The translations under genes were made by a program, and so were the position numbers. Positions 36,571-46,136 of a stretch of DNA of 64,000 bases are shown here, in pieces. The stretch's first letter is position 1. The number at the start of each line of letters is the position of its first letter. The stretch spans positions 64,001 to 128,000 of the forward strand of contig OZ245366.1 of the NCBI GenBank assembly GCA_965226585.1, in the 5' to 3' direction. The DNA comes from Thermodesulfobacteriota bacterium (GTDB taxonomy: Bacteria; Desulfobacterota_D; UBA1144; Nemesobacterales; Mycalebacteriaceae). The notes below the pieces were generated by a model. That model was given only the letters and a program-made list of their open reading frames with translations, did no database searches and was not told the origin of the DNA.

Positions 36571-37933
36571 AATCGAGAGCCGCATTGACTATCGCGGAAG
36601 CAACCGGACTGCCGCCCTTCCTTCCCCTTATGACGACAAAAGGCGTGTCTCCCGCAGCCGCTTCAAGGCGCGTTTTTGACTGCTCAACATTGACGAAACC
36701 AACGGGCGCGCCCACCACCCCCAGAGGTGTGAAAGGCTTTGCGCCGCCGTGTGACCCTGCAAGCGCGTCCGCTATCTCCATAAGGGCGGTGGGAGCGTTG
36801 CCAACCGCGAACAGCGCGCCGGGATGCTCCCTTATCGCCACTCTCATCGCCGCGCGGCTTCTGGTTATCCCCTCTTTGCGGGCAATTTTCAGAGACTCGG
36901 GGCTGTCAAGATAGCAGAAAGCACGCGCGCCGGTTTTCTCAAGGAGGGCTTTTGAAATGCCCGCGAGAACCATATTCACATCCGTAACTATCTCGCCGCC
37001 GCGCAAGCCTCCGCTCCATTTTTCTATCGCGCCGCCTGAGCAATGGAAAAGCGTCTCATACTCAAAATCGGCGGTTGTGTGAATGCACCGCTTTATCGCG
37101 CTCAGTTCTCCGGGCTGTTTTGAGCCGGGGGATTTAAGACCGCTCTCAACGCTGTCGAAACTCTCGCGGTATATGGCATCAGCGGGTTCCGTGGCGGACA
37201 CGCGCACCCCTCTGGGCGTTACCATCGCGCCGCCTGAAAAGAATGTTTCCGAATTGCCTATTATCAAAAGCGAAAACATGTCTATCTCTTCCGGGTTGAG
37301 GCGGGAAAGCGTTGTTACGCGGGCGTTTTCGTCCTCCCTTGAAACGTTGCGCACAACTCCAACCGGAGTTTCAGGAGCCCTTATTGAGAGAAAAATCTCC
37401 TTGAGGCGCGGCAGTTGCCAGTATCTTTTTTCGCTTCTGGGATTGTGAATGACGGTAACGAAGTCGCCCCCGGCGGCGGCGGCGATGCGCTTTTCTATTG
37501 TCCGCCACGGGGTTAGCAAGTCTGACAGGGAAACGGAGCAGAAATCGTGCCCGAGCGGCGCGCCCAGTTTCGCGGCGGCGGCAAGGAAAGCGCTCACGCC
37601 CGGAACAACTGTTACTTCCGTGCCGCTACCTATCCGCCGCTCCGCCGAATGAACCACGGACGCCATTCCGTAAACACCGCTGTCGCCCGAACTGATAACC
37701 GCCACATTTTTTCCGCTCCGGGCAATTTCAAGAGCCGCTTCCGCCCTCTCGTCCTCTTCGGAAAGCTCCTTTTCAATCCGCTCGCAACCCTCAGGTATCA
37801 AGCCTTCCACAAACCGGAAATAGTAGCGGTAGCCGACAACCGCCTGCGCGCGGGCAAGCGCCTCTCTGGCAAGCGGCGTGATGTGCCCGTCCGCTCCCGG
37901 ACCCACGCCCACAACCGTTACGCTGCCCGGCAT
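36557..37933 (-). CDS. cbiHC: CbiH-CbiC fusion (precorrin-3B C17-methyltransferase + precorrin-8X methylmutase)
   Basis: N-half: VGVGPG, SSGDSGVYGMA, GAPLGHDF..SLSDLLTPW, VTPRG. C-half: IHTTADF, TDVNM, GNAPTAL, PVGFV, GRKGGS. Confidence 0.93.
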   Translation of the reverse strand: MPGSVTVVGVGPGADGHITPLAREALARAQAVVGYRYYFRFVEGLIPEGCERIEKELSEEDERAEAALEIARSGKNVAVISSGDSGVYGMASVVHSAERRIGSGTEVTVVPGVSAFLAAAAKLGAPLGHDFCSVSLSDLLTPWRTIEKRIAAAAGGDFVTVIHNPRSEKRYWQLPRLKEIFLSIRAPETPVGVVRNVSREDENARVTTLSRLNPEEIDMFSLLIIGNSETFFSGGAMVTPRGVRVSATEPADAIYRESFDSVESGLKSPGSKQPGELSAIKRCIHTTADFEYETLFHCSGGAIEKWSGGLRGGEIVTDVNMVLAGISKALLEKTGARAFCYLDSPESLKIARKEGITRSRAAMRVAIREHPGALFAVGNAPTALMEIADALAGSHGGAKPFTPLGVVGAPVGFVNVEQSKTRLEAAAGDTPFVVIRGRKGGSPVASAIVNAALDFSPG

Positions 37934-38637
37934 TTGTTGAGCCTCTTTGAAATTATGAACAGCGAAAAATACGGAAGGGCACCGTCAGAAATATCCTCAG
38001 GATGTTGCGTTATCATCTGCCCGTCTCCGCTGACATCTTTACAATACACAAACTCGTAGCCGCCCTCTTTTATCATCTGCGCCACCCCGGACGCGCCGCG
38101 CGGTTTTATAACAACCACCGTCTCAAAACTGTTCGCCGCGCTCCGTATCTCGCTCGCGGACACAGAGCCGGCAATCACGGCTATCTTGTCGCTTCCAAGC
38201 CCAAGGCAAACATCCGCCGCGCAACCGGCGGCGGAAAGTGATGAAACCCCCGGTATCAACTCGAAACTTCCCGGAGGAAATCCCGAACACAAAATACGGA
38301 ACGCCGTGCTGTAGAGCGAAAGACAGCCCTCGCACACAACTGAAACTGAGAAGCCCCGCTTGAGGTTCTCACGCAATTTGTCGCGCACGGGGGCGTACGC
38401 GCTTTCCGATGACTCTCTGCTTTTCATGTCAACATGGAACGGCTCCGCCCTGCTGTCAATCCCGTAGTGGCGCAAAATTGAAAGGGCGCGACTGCCGCCG
38501 TCTGTTTCGGGATAATAGATAACGTCCGATGCGCGAAGGGCTTCAAGCGCCCTAACGGTTATCAGGTCGGGCGCGCCGGGACCGAGAGAGATGCCTCTCA
38601 AACGCGCCTGAGGTTCGGGGTCATTTGTCCTGCTCAT
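37918..38637 (-). CDS. cbiL: Precorrin-2 C20-methyltransferase
   Basis: GISLGPGAPDLIT, CEGCLSLYST, IPGVSS and LPYFSL. Confidence 0.85.
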   Translation of the reverse strand: MSRTNDPEPQARLRGISLGPGAPDLITVRALEALRASDVIYYPETDGGSRALSILRHYGIDSRAEPFHVDMKSRESSESAYAPVRDKLRENLKRGFSVSVVCEGCLSLYSTAFRILCSGFPPGSFELIPGVSSLSAAGCAADVCLGLGSDKIAVIAGSVSASEIRSAANSFETVVVIKPRGASGVAQMIKEGGYEFVYCKDVSGDGQMITQHPEDISDGALPYFSLFIISKRLNKCRAA

Positions 38638-39562
38638 TCAAAACGCCTTCGGGCGGAAGAGATCCCCTTACGTGGAAATGGTGACCCACCTGCTCTCTGC
38701 CCTTCTCATTTTCAAAACCGACTATGCGGGTTCTGTATTTGCACAACTGACAGTTCATGTTGGCGGTTCCCGTCTCAACCTCTTCGATTCTCTCGCTGAG
38801 TATGTCAAGTATGAGGTCGTGCGCGCCGAAAGGTTCTGTGTAGAAAATCTCCTTTTGCGAAACATCGCGGCGGGCTTCAATCAGAGAGTAGATCCTTTTC
38901 AGAAGAACTCCCGTGAAAAGAAAAACGGGAACGGCGATTATCCTTGAATACGGAAGCCGCTCGAGAATCTCAAGTGTATCCTCAAGTCCGGGTTTCGTAA
39001 CGCCTATGTACGCGGTGCGGGAGAAACCGAAACCCATGCCCTCCTCAAGCATTCTCGCCATTTTCGCGACATCGGAGTTTCCGTCCGGGTCGGAAGTTCC
39101 CCTGCCCACAACCAGCAGACAGCACTCCCCTCTTGGGCGCGGGGGAAGTTTGCTCTCGCACCTCTCTATGAGAAGACGGCACAGTTCAAGCAACTGGGGC
39201 GAGACGCCGAGAAAACTGCCGAAACGGATGCTGAGGTTTTTATGAGCCGCCTGCAGGGAGTTCATCTCAAAGGGCATATCGTTTTTCGCGTGCCCGCCGG
39301 CAAACAAAATCGCGGGCAGGGAGATGATGTCTCTGATGCCTTTTTCCATCATGGAACTCACCGCAACATCAAAAGTCGGGTGGGAGAACTCAAGAAACCC
39401 GTAGTCCACAACCGCTTCGGGATGGCGGTTTCTCATTCCGTCAACAAGGGCTTTGAAACCGCTCACACCTTCGGGGTCGCGGCTCCCGTGTCCGCATATC
39501 AAAATGCCCTTGCGCTCCCCGCCGGGCGGTGTGTTGCTTTGAGATTTCAATTTCTTTGCCAC
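38621..39562 (-). CDS. cbiX: Sirohydrochlorin cobaltochelatase, long CbiX
   Basis: GHGSRD, GFLEF, GGHAKND, VGRGTSD, LFTGVL, Fe-S motif MNCQLCKYR and short His stub GHHFHV. Confidence 0.92.
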   Translation of the reverse strand: MAKKLKSQSNTPPGGERKGILICGHGSRDPEGVSGFKALVDGMRNRHPEAVVDYGFLEFSHPTFDVAVSSMMEKGIRDIISLPAILFAGGHAKNDMPFEMNSLQAAHKNLSIRFGSFLGVSPQLLELCRLLIERCESKLPPRPRGECCLLVVGRGTSDPDGNSDVAKMARMLEEGMGFGFSRTAYIGVTKPGLEDTLEILERLPYSRIIAVPVFLFTGVLLKRIYSLIEARRDVSQKEIFYTEPFGAHDLILDILSERIEEVETGTANMNCQLCKYRTRIVGFENEKGREQVGHHFHVRGSLPPEGVLNEQDK

Positions 39563-39628
39563 TCCCCTTCCTGATGAAGATACTCTATTGGGCGTTTCAA
39601 TTCCAAAATCCTCACGGCGGGAGTAAAT

Positions 39629-40588
39629 TCAAATCAGAATTTCAACAGCCGCGGCAAGGGCGGCAGACAGAACTGTGACGGCGGTGTTCACCTTTTTTGC
39701 CGCCGTGTAGTCGCCCGGGAAAAGCGCGCGGGGATTTGAGCCGATAAACGGTTTGACGGACGGCTCTCCGCCGTATGTCGCCTCTCCGCCGAAGCGGCAG
39801 TCCAGAATTCCCGCGAGCGCGGCTTGCGGAAAACCGGCATTCGGGCTGGGATGACTGCGCCCGAATCTGAAGATAAAAACAAAGGCGCGGCGGCTTGGAG
39901 CAACCGCCGCCATAAGAAAAGCCGTAATGCGGGCGGGAACAAAATTCGCGGCGTCATCAATCCGCGCCGCCGCCATGCCGAAGCGAAGGTAGCGGCTGTT
40001 TTTGTAGCCCGTCATTGAATCCATCGTGTTGACCGCCTTGTAAGCCATCATCGCCGGAACGCCGCCAATCAGGTAGAAAAAAACGGGAGCCACAACACCG
40101 TCTGACAAATTTTCAGACATCGTCTCAAGCACGGCCGTTCTTATGCGGGCGGGGCAGAGTTTGTCCGTGTCGCGCCCGACAATCATCGAAAGCCGCCGCC
40201 GCGCAAGCCCGGTGTCGTTCTCCTCAAGGGCTGAAAAAACCGCCCCGCACTCGGCGGTCAATCCCGCTCCCGCAAGCCCGAAAAAAACAAACAGGGACGA
40301 AAAGGCAATGTCCACTGCGGGTCCCGCTGAAGCGGCAAAGGTTTTAGCGAGCGAGAAAACCCAGAAAACCGCTGAAGTGAAAAAGACGGCAAAAACCGCG
40401 CCTTTTACGGCTCTGCCCGCTCCCCGGTTGAGGGCGGCATCCGCGCGGGATATGACGGCTCCAAAAAGCCGGACGGGATGCGGAAGACGCGGAGGGTCTG
40501 CAAAGATAAAGTCCGCCGCAAGCCCCGCGACAAGAGCGGCTGAAGCGATAACCGGAGCGGAGAGAAGGTCGGATGTGAAAACGCCCAT
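39629..40588 (-). CDS. cbiB: Adenosylcobinamide-phosphate synthase
   Basis: DP..LPHPV, IVGRDT, ENLSDGVVAP, YKAVNTMDSM.GY, DD.ANF.PAR and HPSPNAG. Confidence 0.95.
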   Translation of the reverse strand: MGVFTSDLLSAPVIASAALVAGLAADFIFADPPRLPHPVRLFGAVISRADAALNRGAGRAVKGAVFAVFFTSAVFWVFSLAKTFAASAGPAVDIAFSSLFVFFGLAGAGLTAECGAVFSALEENDTGLARRRLSMIVGRDTDKLCPARIRTAVLETMSENLSDGVVAPVFFYLIGGVPAMMAYKAVNTMDSMTGYKNSRYLRFGMAAARIDDAANFVPARITAFLMAAVAPSRRAFVFIFRFGRSHPSPNAGFPQAALAGILDCRFGGEATYGGEPSVKPFIGSNPRALFPGDYTAAKKVNTAVTVLSAALAAAVEILI

Positions 40589-40597
40589 TGTCAAGTC

Positions 40598-40675
40598 TGG
40601 CAGTCCCTACGGGATTTGAACCCGTGTTTCTACCTTGAGAGGGTAGCGTCCTGGGCCAGGCTAGACGAAGGGACC
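40598..40675 (-). tRNA. tRNA-Glu (anticodon CTC)
   Basis: GGTCCCT/AGGGACT acceptor plus GCCA; anticodon arm CTACC-CT CTC AA-GGTAG; GGTTCAAATCC T-arm. Confidence 0.95.
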
Positions 40676-40693
40676 CTTTAAGACAGAAACGAT

Positions 40694-40721
40694 ATTCTAT
40701 ACGGGACGGGCGGGCGGTCAA
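40694..40721 (-). promoter_or_regulatory. Sigma70-type promoter for tRNA-Glu (and probably cbiB)
   Basis: TTGACC (40721-40716), 16-nt spacer, TAGAAT (40699-40694). Confidence 0.6.
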
Positions 40722-40733
40722 ACCGGAGGGGCG

Positions 40734-41891
40734 TCAGTCCTCGGGGGCGTCATTTTCCTTTTTGCGAAGATAAGTCGGAACATCCAGATCTTCGCCGCCC
40801 TCGGTAGCGGGCTTTCCGCCGCGGGGGGTGAAAAGGTCGTTTGCGCCCGTGCCCGTGCCATTGGTCTGTTTTCTCTGCGGAGCCGCAGGCGGCTGGGGCG
40901 CGGCGGAGCGCGAACCCGCCTCTTCAATTCCGGTCGCGATTATGGTGATTCTGACTTCCTGCCCGGCTTCCTCTTTGCTGTATTCACTGTATCCGAATAT
41001 GAGTTTCACGTCGCTGCTCGCTTTCTTCGTCACGTAGTTGCAGGCTTTTTCAAGTTCGTCAGTTCCGAAATCCGGCGGAGCAACTATGTGGAGAAGCACA
41101 CCTTGCGCGCCCTCAATTGAAAGTGCTCCGAGAAGCGGGCTTTCAACCGCGGTTTCGGTGGCTTTGACCGCTCTGTCCGCGCCCTCGGCGCTTCCGGTTC
41201 CCATTATCGCCTTGGAGCCGGCTTGACTCATTATCGTTTTCACATCGGCGAAATCGGTGTTGATGAGTCCGGGGCTGTTGATAATCTCCGTTATTCCGCT
41301 CACGGCGCGGAACAGCACATCGTTCGCGCTGGCAAACGCATCCTTAAGAAGAGCGGGGTTTTCACGGTCGCACAGTTTGTCGTTGGGAACAATTATCAGT
41401 GTGTCCGCTTCTCTCTCAAGCCTGCTGATTCCCTCGTTCGCAATCTCCATTTTCGCTTCTCCCTCAAAAGAAAAAGGAAGCGTTACTATCGCAACCGTGA
41501 GGGCGCCGACCTCTTTTGACGCCTTGCAAACCACCGGCGCGGCTCCGGTTCCGGTTCCCCCGCCCATGCCCGCCGTAACAAAAACCATGTCCGTGCCTTC
41601 AAGCATTTCGCTTATTCTCGCCTTGTCTTCAGTGGCGGCGTCTTCACCGACTGAGGGAATTCCGCCCGCGCCGAGACCGCGCGTGGAACGGCTTCCTATC
41701 TCCAGTTTGTTATATGGTTTGGATTTGTTGAGGTGCTGGGAATCAGTATTGACGGCTATGAAGTCAACACCTCCAAGCCCCCTGTCCATCATGGAGTCCA
41801 GCGCGTTACAGCCGCCGCCGCCAACTCCCACTATCTTAATCTTCGCTTTAAGGTGGGCTTCCGGTGGAACTATTGTGAACCCTGCTGCCAA
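40734..41891 (-). CDS. ftsZ: Cell division protein FtsZ
   Basis: VGVGGGGCNA, GMGGGTGTGAAP, NTDFADV and C-terminal DLDVPTYLRK. Confidence 0.98.
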   Translation of the reverse strand: MAAGFTIVPPEAHLKAKIKIVGVGGGGCNALDSMMDRGLGGVDFIAVNTDSQHLNKSKPYNKLEIGSRSTRGLGAGGIPSVGEDAATEDKARISEMLEGTDMVFVTAGMGGGTGTGAAPVVCKASKEVGALTVAIVTLPFSFEGEAKMEIANEGISRLEREADTLIIVPNDKLCDRENPALLKDAFASANDVLFRAVSGITEIINSPGLINTDFADVKTIMSQAGSKAIMGTGSAEGADRAVKATETAVESPLLGALSIEGAQGVLLHIVAPPDFGTDELEKACNYVTKKASSDVKLIFGYSEYSKEEAGQEVRITIIATGIEEAGSRSAAPQPPAAPQRKQTNGTGTGANDLFTPRGGKPATEGGEDLDVPTYLRKKENDAPED

Positions 41892-41925
41892 TGTATGCGC
41901 CTCCGCTCCGCTTGAGAAACGGAAA

Positions 41926-43161
41926 TCAGAAATAACCCGCGAACCACTTATTCATCCAGTCGTGCACTTTTTCAAATATTTTTCCGTCTCTCACCCTTAT
42001 CCTACCAGAGTGTTCACGGGATTCCACTCCGTAGTGTATAAGCCCAACGCCCGTTGAGAACGCGGGACTGCAAACCTCCTCGTTGTCGCCGTAAATACCC
42101 ACGGGAACTCCGAGACGGGCTTCCATGCCGAAAATTTCTTTTGCCATCTCAACCGCGCCTTCCATCGCGAGGCTTCCGCCCGTGAGAACAACCTTGGATG
42201 TTGGACTGCTGGCGGCAACGGCGGCGGGAATTTCATCTCTCGCAAGCTCAAGTATTTCCCTCATCCTCGGCTCTATGACTTCGGCAATATCGCGTTGTGA
42301 AATCATTCGTGTTGTTGTATCAGCACACCGTATCTCCACATTCGCGGCGGTTCGCGCCATGCGTGCGAGGGCAACTCCGTGGTCTTCCTTTACTTTTCGC
42401 GACTCCATATCGGAAACGGTGTTGAAGCGGTGCGATATGTCTCTGTCAATATTATCTCCGCCGAGTGTTATGTTCTGCGTGTATTTGAGGATGCCGCCTT
42501 TGCCGAAAACCGCTATATCTGTTGTTCCGCCGCCGCAGTCCACAAGCACAACCCCAAGGTCTTTTTCCGTTTCGGTTAGAACGGCCATGCTTGACGCTAT
42601 CTGCTCAAGCACTATGCCGTTGACGTCCAGACCGATTCTGTGAATGCAGTCTATAAGGTTTTTTGTGTCGGCAACCTGTCCACTCACTATGTGTATGTCC
42701 GCCTCTATTTTTTGACCCCGCATACCGAGAGGGTTGCTCACCGGTTTCTGCCCGTCTATGGAGTATTTGCTCGCGACCGCCTGAATAATCTCCCTGTCCG
42801 GGGAAACAACTTTCGCGTTTGTGTTCTCTATAAGACGCTTGAGGTCGCCGTCCGTAACCCCGTCCTCGCTGACCGCTATTTTGCCGGGAACATTCTGGCT
42901 TTTGACGTGGCCGCCCGCTATTCCCACAAAAACGGAGGTTATATCTTTGCCCGACGCCCTTTCCGCCTCCGCAATCGCCTCCACTATGCAGTCACTGGTT
43001 TTTTTGATATCAACAACGATTCCCTTGCGGAGCCCCGTTGAAGGGTACGTTCCCATGCCGAGGATTTTGATATTTTCCCCAACCATCTGCGCGACAATGG
43101 CGCATATCTTGGTGGTGCCAAGATCAAGTCCGTAAAAAGTTTCAGATTTTTCCGCGCTCAT
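41926..43161 (-). CDS. ftsA: Cell division protein FtsA
   Basis: GLDLGTTKI, DCGGGTTD, VLTGG and C-terminal amphipathic WMNKWF. Confidence 0.96.
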   Translation of the reverse strand: MSAEKSETFYGLDLGTTKICAIVAQMVGENIKILGMGTYPSTGLRKGIVVDIKKTSDCIVEAIAEAERASGKDITSVFVGIAGGHVKSQNVPGKIAVSEDGVTDGDLKRLIENTNAKVVSPDREIIQAVASKYSIDGQKPVSNPLGMRGQKIEADIHIVSGQVADTKNLIDCIHRIGLDVNGIVLEQIASSMAVLTETEKDLGVVLVDCGGGTTDIAVFGKGGILKYTQNITLGGDNIDRDISHRFNTVSDMESRKVKEDHGVALARMARTAANVEIRCADTTTRMISQRDIAEVIEPRMREILELARDEIPAAVAASSPTSKVVLTGGSLAMEGAVEMAKEIFGMEARLGVPVGIYGDNEEVCSPAFSTGVGLIHYGVESREHSGRIRVRDGKIFEKVHDWMNKWFAGYF

Positions 43162-43165
43162 TTTT

Positions 43166-43888
43166 CTATCCGCCGTTCAGCCTGAGAATTCCAACCCCTT
43201 CGCGGCGGAGGTTAATATACTTTGCCTTTCGCCCGCTCGCATAAAGGTTGCGGGTTATTTTTTCAAGTTTTTCCCACAGCCCTTTCAAATCCGCCCCCAT
43301 TTCTATGACAGTCCCCTGCCGCGTGAAGATGTCAACGCCCTCCTCTCCCGGCACGGACACTTCCGATATGTCATCCCATCCGGGCGCGGCAACGGAGGAA
43401 AGAGAGAGTTTAAGCACCTCTATGCCTCCGGAAACAAAACCCATCGGAGACCTCAAAACCGGATAGTCCATTCCGTAATTCCCGGCGGGAGCGGCTCCCA
43501 GCCGTGCGCCGGAGCCGTCAAGGTAGTAAAGTTTTCCATCATCCGCCGCGTAGAGGCAGAACGGGATTTTCTCTTTAATGCTTATGGCGACCTTGCCGCT
43601 GAAGTTTCTGCGGGCGGAAGCTTCTTTTATCCACGGGGCTTTTTCAAGCGCCCCTGACACGGAGCCGGGCATAAGCAAAAACGTCCCGCCCTCGTGAGGC
43701 ATCCCAATTCTTTTCAAAACGCTTTGGCGCGAAACCGCGTTTGCGCCCTCAATCACAACGGTATCAATAACAAGCGCGCTTTTTGCCGCGAAAAACATCG
43801 CGCCCAGACACACGGCGGCGGCGCACACCTTGAAAAAAAGCGATAAACGCGGGCTGTTTCCACGCTTTCTTTTTCTTCTTCCGGTCAT
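43166..43888 (-). CDS. ftsQ: Cell division protein FtsQ/DivIB
   Basis: Basic N-terminus, one TM helix, POTRA-like PWIKEA, C-terminal YINLR; position before ftsA. Confidence 0.85.
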   Translation of the reverse strand: MTGRRKRKRGNSPRLSLFFKVCAAAVCLGAMFFAAKSALVIDTVVIEGANAVSRQSVLKRIGMPHEGGTFLLMPGSVSGALEKAPWIKEASARRNFSGKVAISIKEKIPFCLYAADDGKLYYLDGSGARLGAAPAGNYGMDYPVLRSPMGFVSGGIEVLKLSLSSVAAPGWDDISEVSVPGEEGVDIFTRQGTVIEMGADLKGLWEKLEKITRNLYASGRKAKYINLRREGVGILRLNGG

Positions 43889-44772
43889 ATCACGCAAACC
43901 TCTGTTTCCAAATCTATGCCTCTTTCCCTGAGAGCCTTGTCGCGGGCGATGCTTATCAATTCAAGCACGTCCGATGTTGTCGCCCCGCCTTTGTTGACTA
44001 TAAAGTTCGCGTGCACCGGCGAAAACTCTGCAGACCCGACTGAAAACGATTTCATTCCGAGCTCTTCAAGAAGCCGTCCGGCTTTTATCTGCGGCGGATT
44101 TTTGAAGATTGAGCCCGTGTTCGCCTCGCTGACCGGCTGTGTGGCTTTCCTGAGCCTCAAACTCTCCCTTATCGCCGAAACGCTCTCTGTGCTGTTTCCG
44201 GAGCGCAAACGCAGACGCGCGCTCAGCACGACCGCACCGGAAGGAATTCCGCCTCGCCTGTATCCCGAATCCAGTTCGTCCGCGCGCAGTTCGTGCACAC
44301 AGCCGTCGTGCCAGACGGCAACGCTTTCAACCGCTTGCGCCATTTCTCCCCCGTTCGCACCCGCGTTCATAAACACCGCGCCGCCAACAGTTCCGGGAAT
44401 TCCCGCCGCGAACTCAAGCCCGGAAAAACCCATGCGCGCGGTTCCGTTCATCACGGCGGCAAGAGAAGCTCCGCAATCGGCGGACACAACCCCTCCGGGA
44501 AGAATCTCAAAATCTTTGAGGCGGCAAGTGCTAACCACCGCGCCCTCAAATCCGCCGTCTCTGACTATCGTGTTTGTGCCGCCTCCGAGAACCGTGAATG
44601 GAACGGACTGCAGGGAAAGCTCTTTGAGCGCGCGGAGAAGAGCGGGCTGCGTTTGCGGATAGACGATAACCTCCGCCTCGCCGCCCACCTTCATCGCCGT
44701 GTAAGACGACATGGGAAACCCCGGCAGGATTTCGCATCCGTTTTTTTTCAAGTCTTTTATCAAGCCCCTCAT
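43885..44772 (-). CDS. murB: UDP-N-acetylenolpyruvoylglucosamine reductase
   Basis: GGGTN, GLEFAAGIPGTVGGAVFMNAGA, GSIFKNP, HANFIVN and LETEV. Confidence 0.96.
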   Translation of the reverse strand: MRGLIKDLKKNGCEILPGFPMSSYTAMKVGGEAEVIVYPQTQPALLRALKELSLQSVPFTVLGGGTNTIVRDGGFEGAVVSTCRLKDFEILPGGVVSADCGASLAAVMNGTARMGFSGLEFAAGIPGTVGGAVFMNAGANGGEMAQAVESVAVWHDGCVHELRADELDSGYRRGGIPSGAVVLSARLRLRSGNSTESVSAIRESLRLRKATQPVSEANTGSIFKNPPQIKAGRLLEELGMKSFSVGSAEFSPVHANFIVNKGGATTSDVLELISIARDKALRERGIDLETEVCVI

Positions 44773-46133
44773 CTCAACTCATCCGCAACCGCGTCCGCGC
44801 AACGCCAGACATTGCCCGCGCCGAGAGTGAGAAGAATATCTCCCTCACCGAGATCGTTTTTCAGCAGTTTCACAAGCTCTTTTTCGCACGGGGCGTAAAC
44901 CGCGCCCTCGCCGCCCGCGGCTTTCACCCTCTTTACCATCTCCTCAGAAGTCGCCCCCTTTATGGGCTCCTCCCCGGCGGCAAAAACATCCATAACATAA
45001 AGGCGCGGAACCTTGCTGAGCACATCCACAAAGCCGTCAAGAAGAAGCCGCGTCCGCGTGAACCTGTGCGGCTGAAACACAACAACCGGCTGTGATGAGA
45101 ACGCGTCTCTGACCGAATCAAGCGTAACTCTTATCTCTTCGGGATGGTGTCCGTAGTCGTCTATAAACTTTATCCCCCTGACCTCGTCTCTCAGTTGCAT
45201 CCGCCTTTCTATGCCGCCGAACCGTTCAAGCCCCCGGCTGATGAGTTCGAAACTCACTCCCATTTCCATACCCACGGCAATTGCGGCAAGCGAGTTGACG
45301 GCGTTGTGTCTGCCGGGAACGGAAAGACGGACGCGCCCCGGTTTGCCGCCTTTGAAAAAAACCTCGAAATTAGTCTCGAATCCCTGCGTTACAACTTTGC
45401 CGAGACGAATATCCGCGTCCGGATTTTCGCCGTAGGTTATGAACCTTTTGGAAGCCCGCCTGGCTATTTCGCGCACATGAGGGCAGTCAACGCAGAGGAC
45501 GGAAAATCCGTAAAACGGAGTCCTTTCAAGGAAATCAAGAAATCTGTCGCGCAAGGTTTCCACCGTTCCGTAGTAGTCAAGGTGCTCGCGGTCAACGTTT
45601 GTGAGAACCGAAATGGCGGGGGAAAGACGGGAGAAAGAGCCGTCACTCTCGTCCGCCTCGACAACCATTATATCTCCGCCGCCGAACCTTCCGCTGCCCA
45701 GAGCGATAACCTTGCCGCCAACCACAACGGTCGGGTCAAGCCCGCCTTCGGTAAGAACGGAAGCCGCCATTGATGTGGTTGTGGTCTTGCCGTGGCTTCC
45801 CATTACCGCCACGCCCAGTTTCATCTTCATAAGTTCCGCGAGCATCTCAGCCCTCTGCACAACGGCAATGCCGAGCGCCCTCGCGCCCGTCACTTCGGGG
45901 TTTGAGTCTCGAATGGCTGAGGAAACAACCACAACATCCGCCCCCGCCACGCCTTGCGCCCGGTGCTCGCGGCTCACAACCGCACCCGCGCTTTCAAGCG
46001 GCGCGATATCGGCATGCGTTCCCGTGTCCGAGCCGGAAACCTCGTAGCCCATACTGAGAAGAACCTCGGCAAGCCCCCTCATTCCGGAGCCCGCAATTCC
46101 AACCATATGTATCTTTTTGAACCTTCCGTGCAA
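44769..46133 (-). CDS. murC: UDP-N-acetylmuramate-L-alanine ligase
   Basis: GIAGSGM, GSHGKTTTT, EADESDGSF, DDYGHHP and FQPHRFTR. Confidence 0.96.
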   Translation of the reverse strand: MHGRFKKIHMVGIAGSGMRGLAEVLLSMGYEVSGSDTGTHADIAPLESAGAVVSREHRAQGVAGADVVVVSSAIRDSNPEVTGARALGIAVVQRAEMLAELMKMKLGVAVMGSHGKTTTTSMAASVLTEGGLDPTVVVGGKVIALGSGRFGGGDIMVVEADESDGSFSRLSPAISVLTNVDREHLDYYGTVETLRDRFLDFLERTPFYGFSVLCVDCPHVREIARRASKRFITYGENPDADIRLGKVVTQGFETNFEVFFKGGKPGRVRLSVPGRHNAVNSLAAIAVGMEMGVSFELISRGLERFGGIERRMQLRDEVRGIKFIDDYGHHPEEIRVTLDSVRDAFSSQPVVVFQPHRFTRTRLLLDGFVDVLSKVPRLYVMDVFAAGEEPIKGATSEEMVKRVKAAGGEGAVYAPCEKELVKLLKNDLGEGDILLTLGAGNVWRCADAVADELR

Positions 46134-46136
46134 CTT

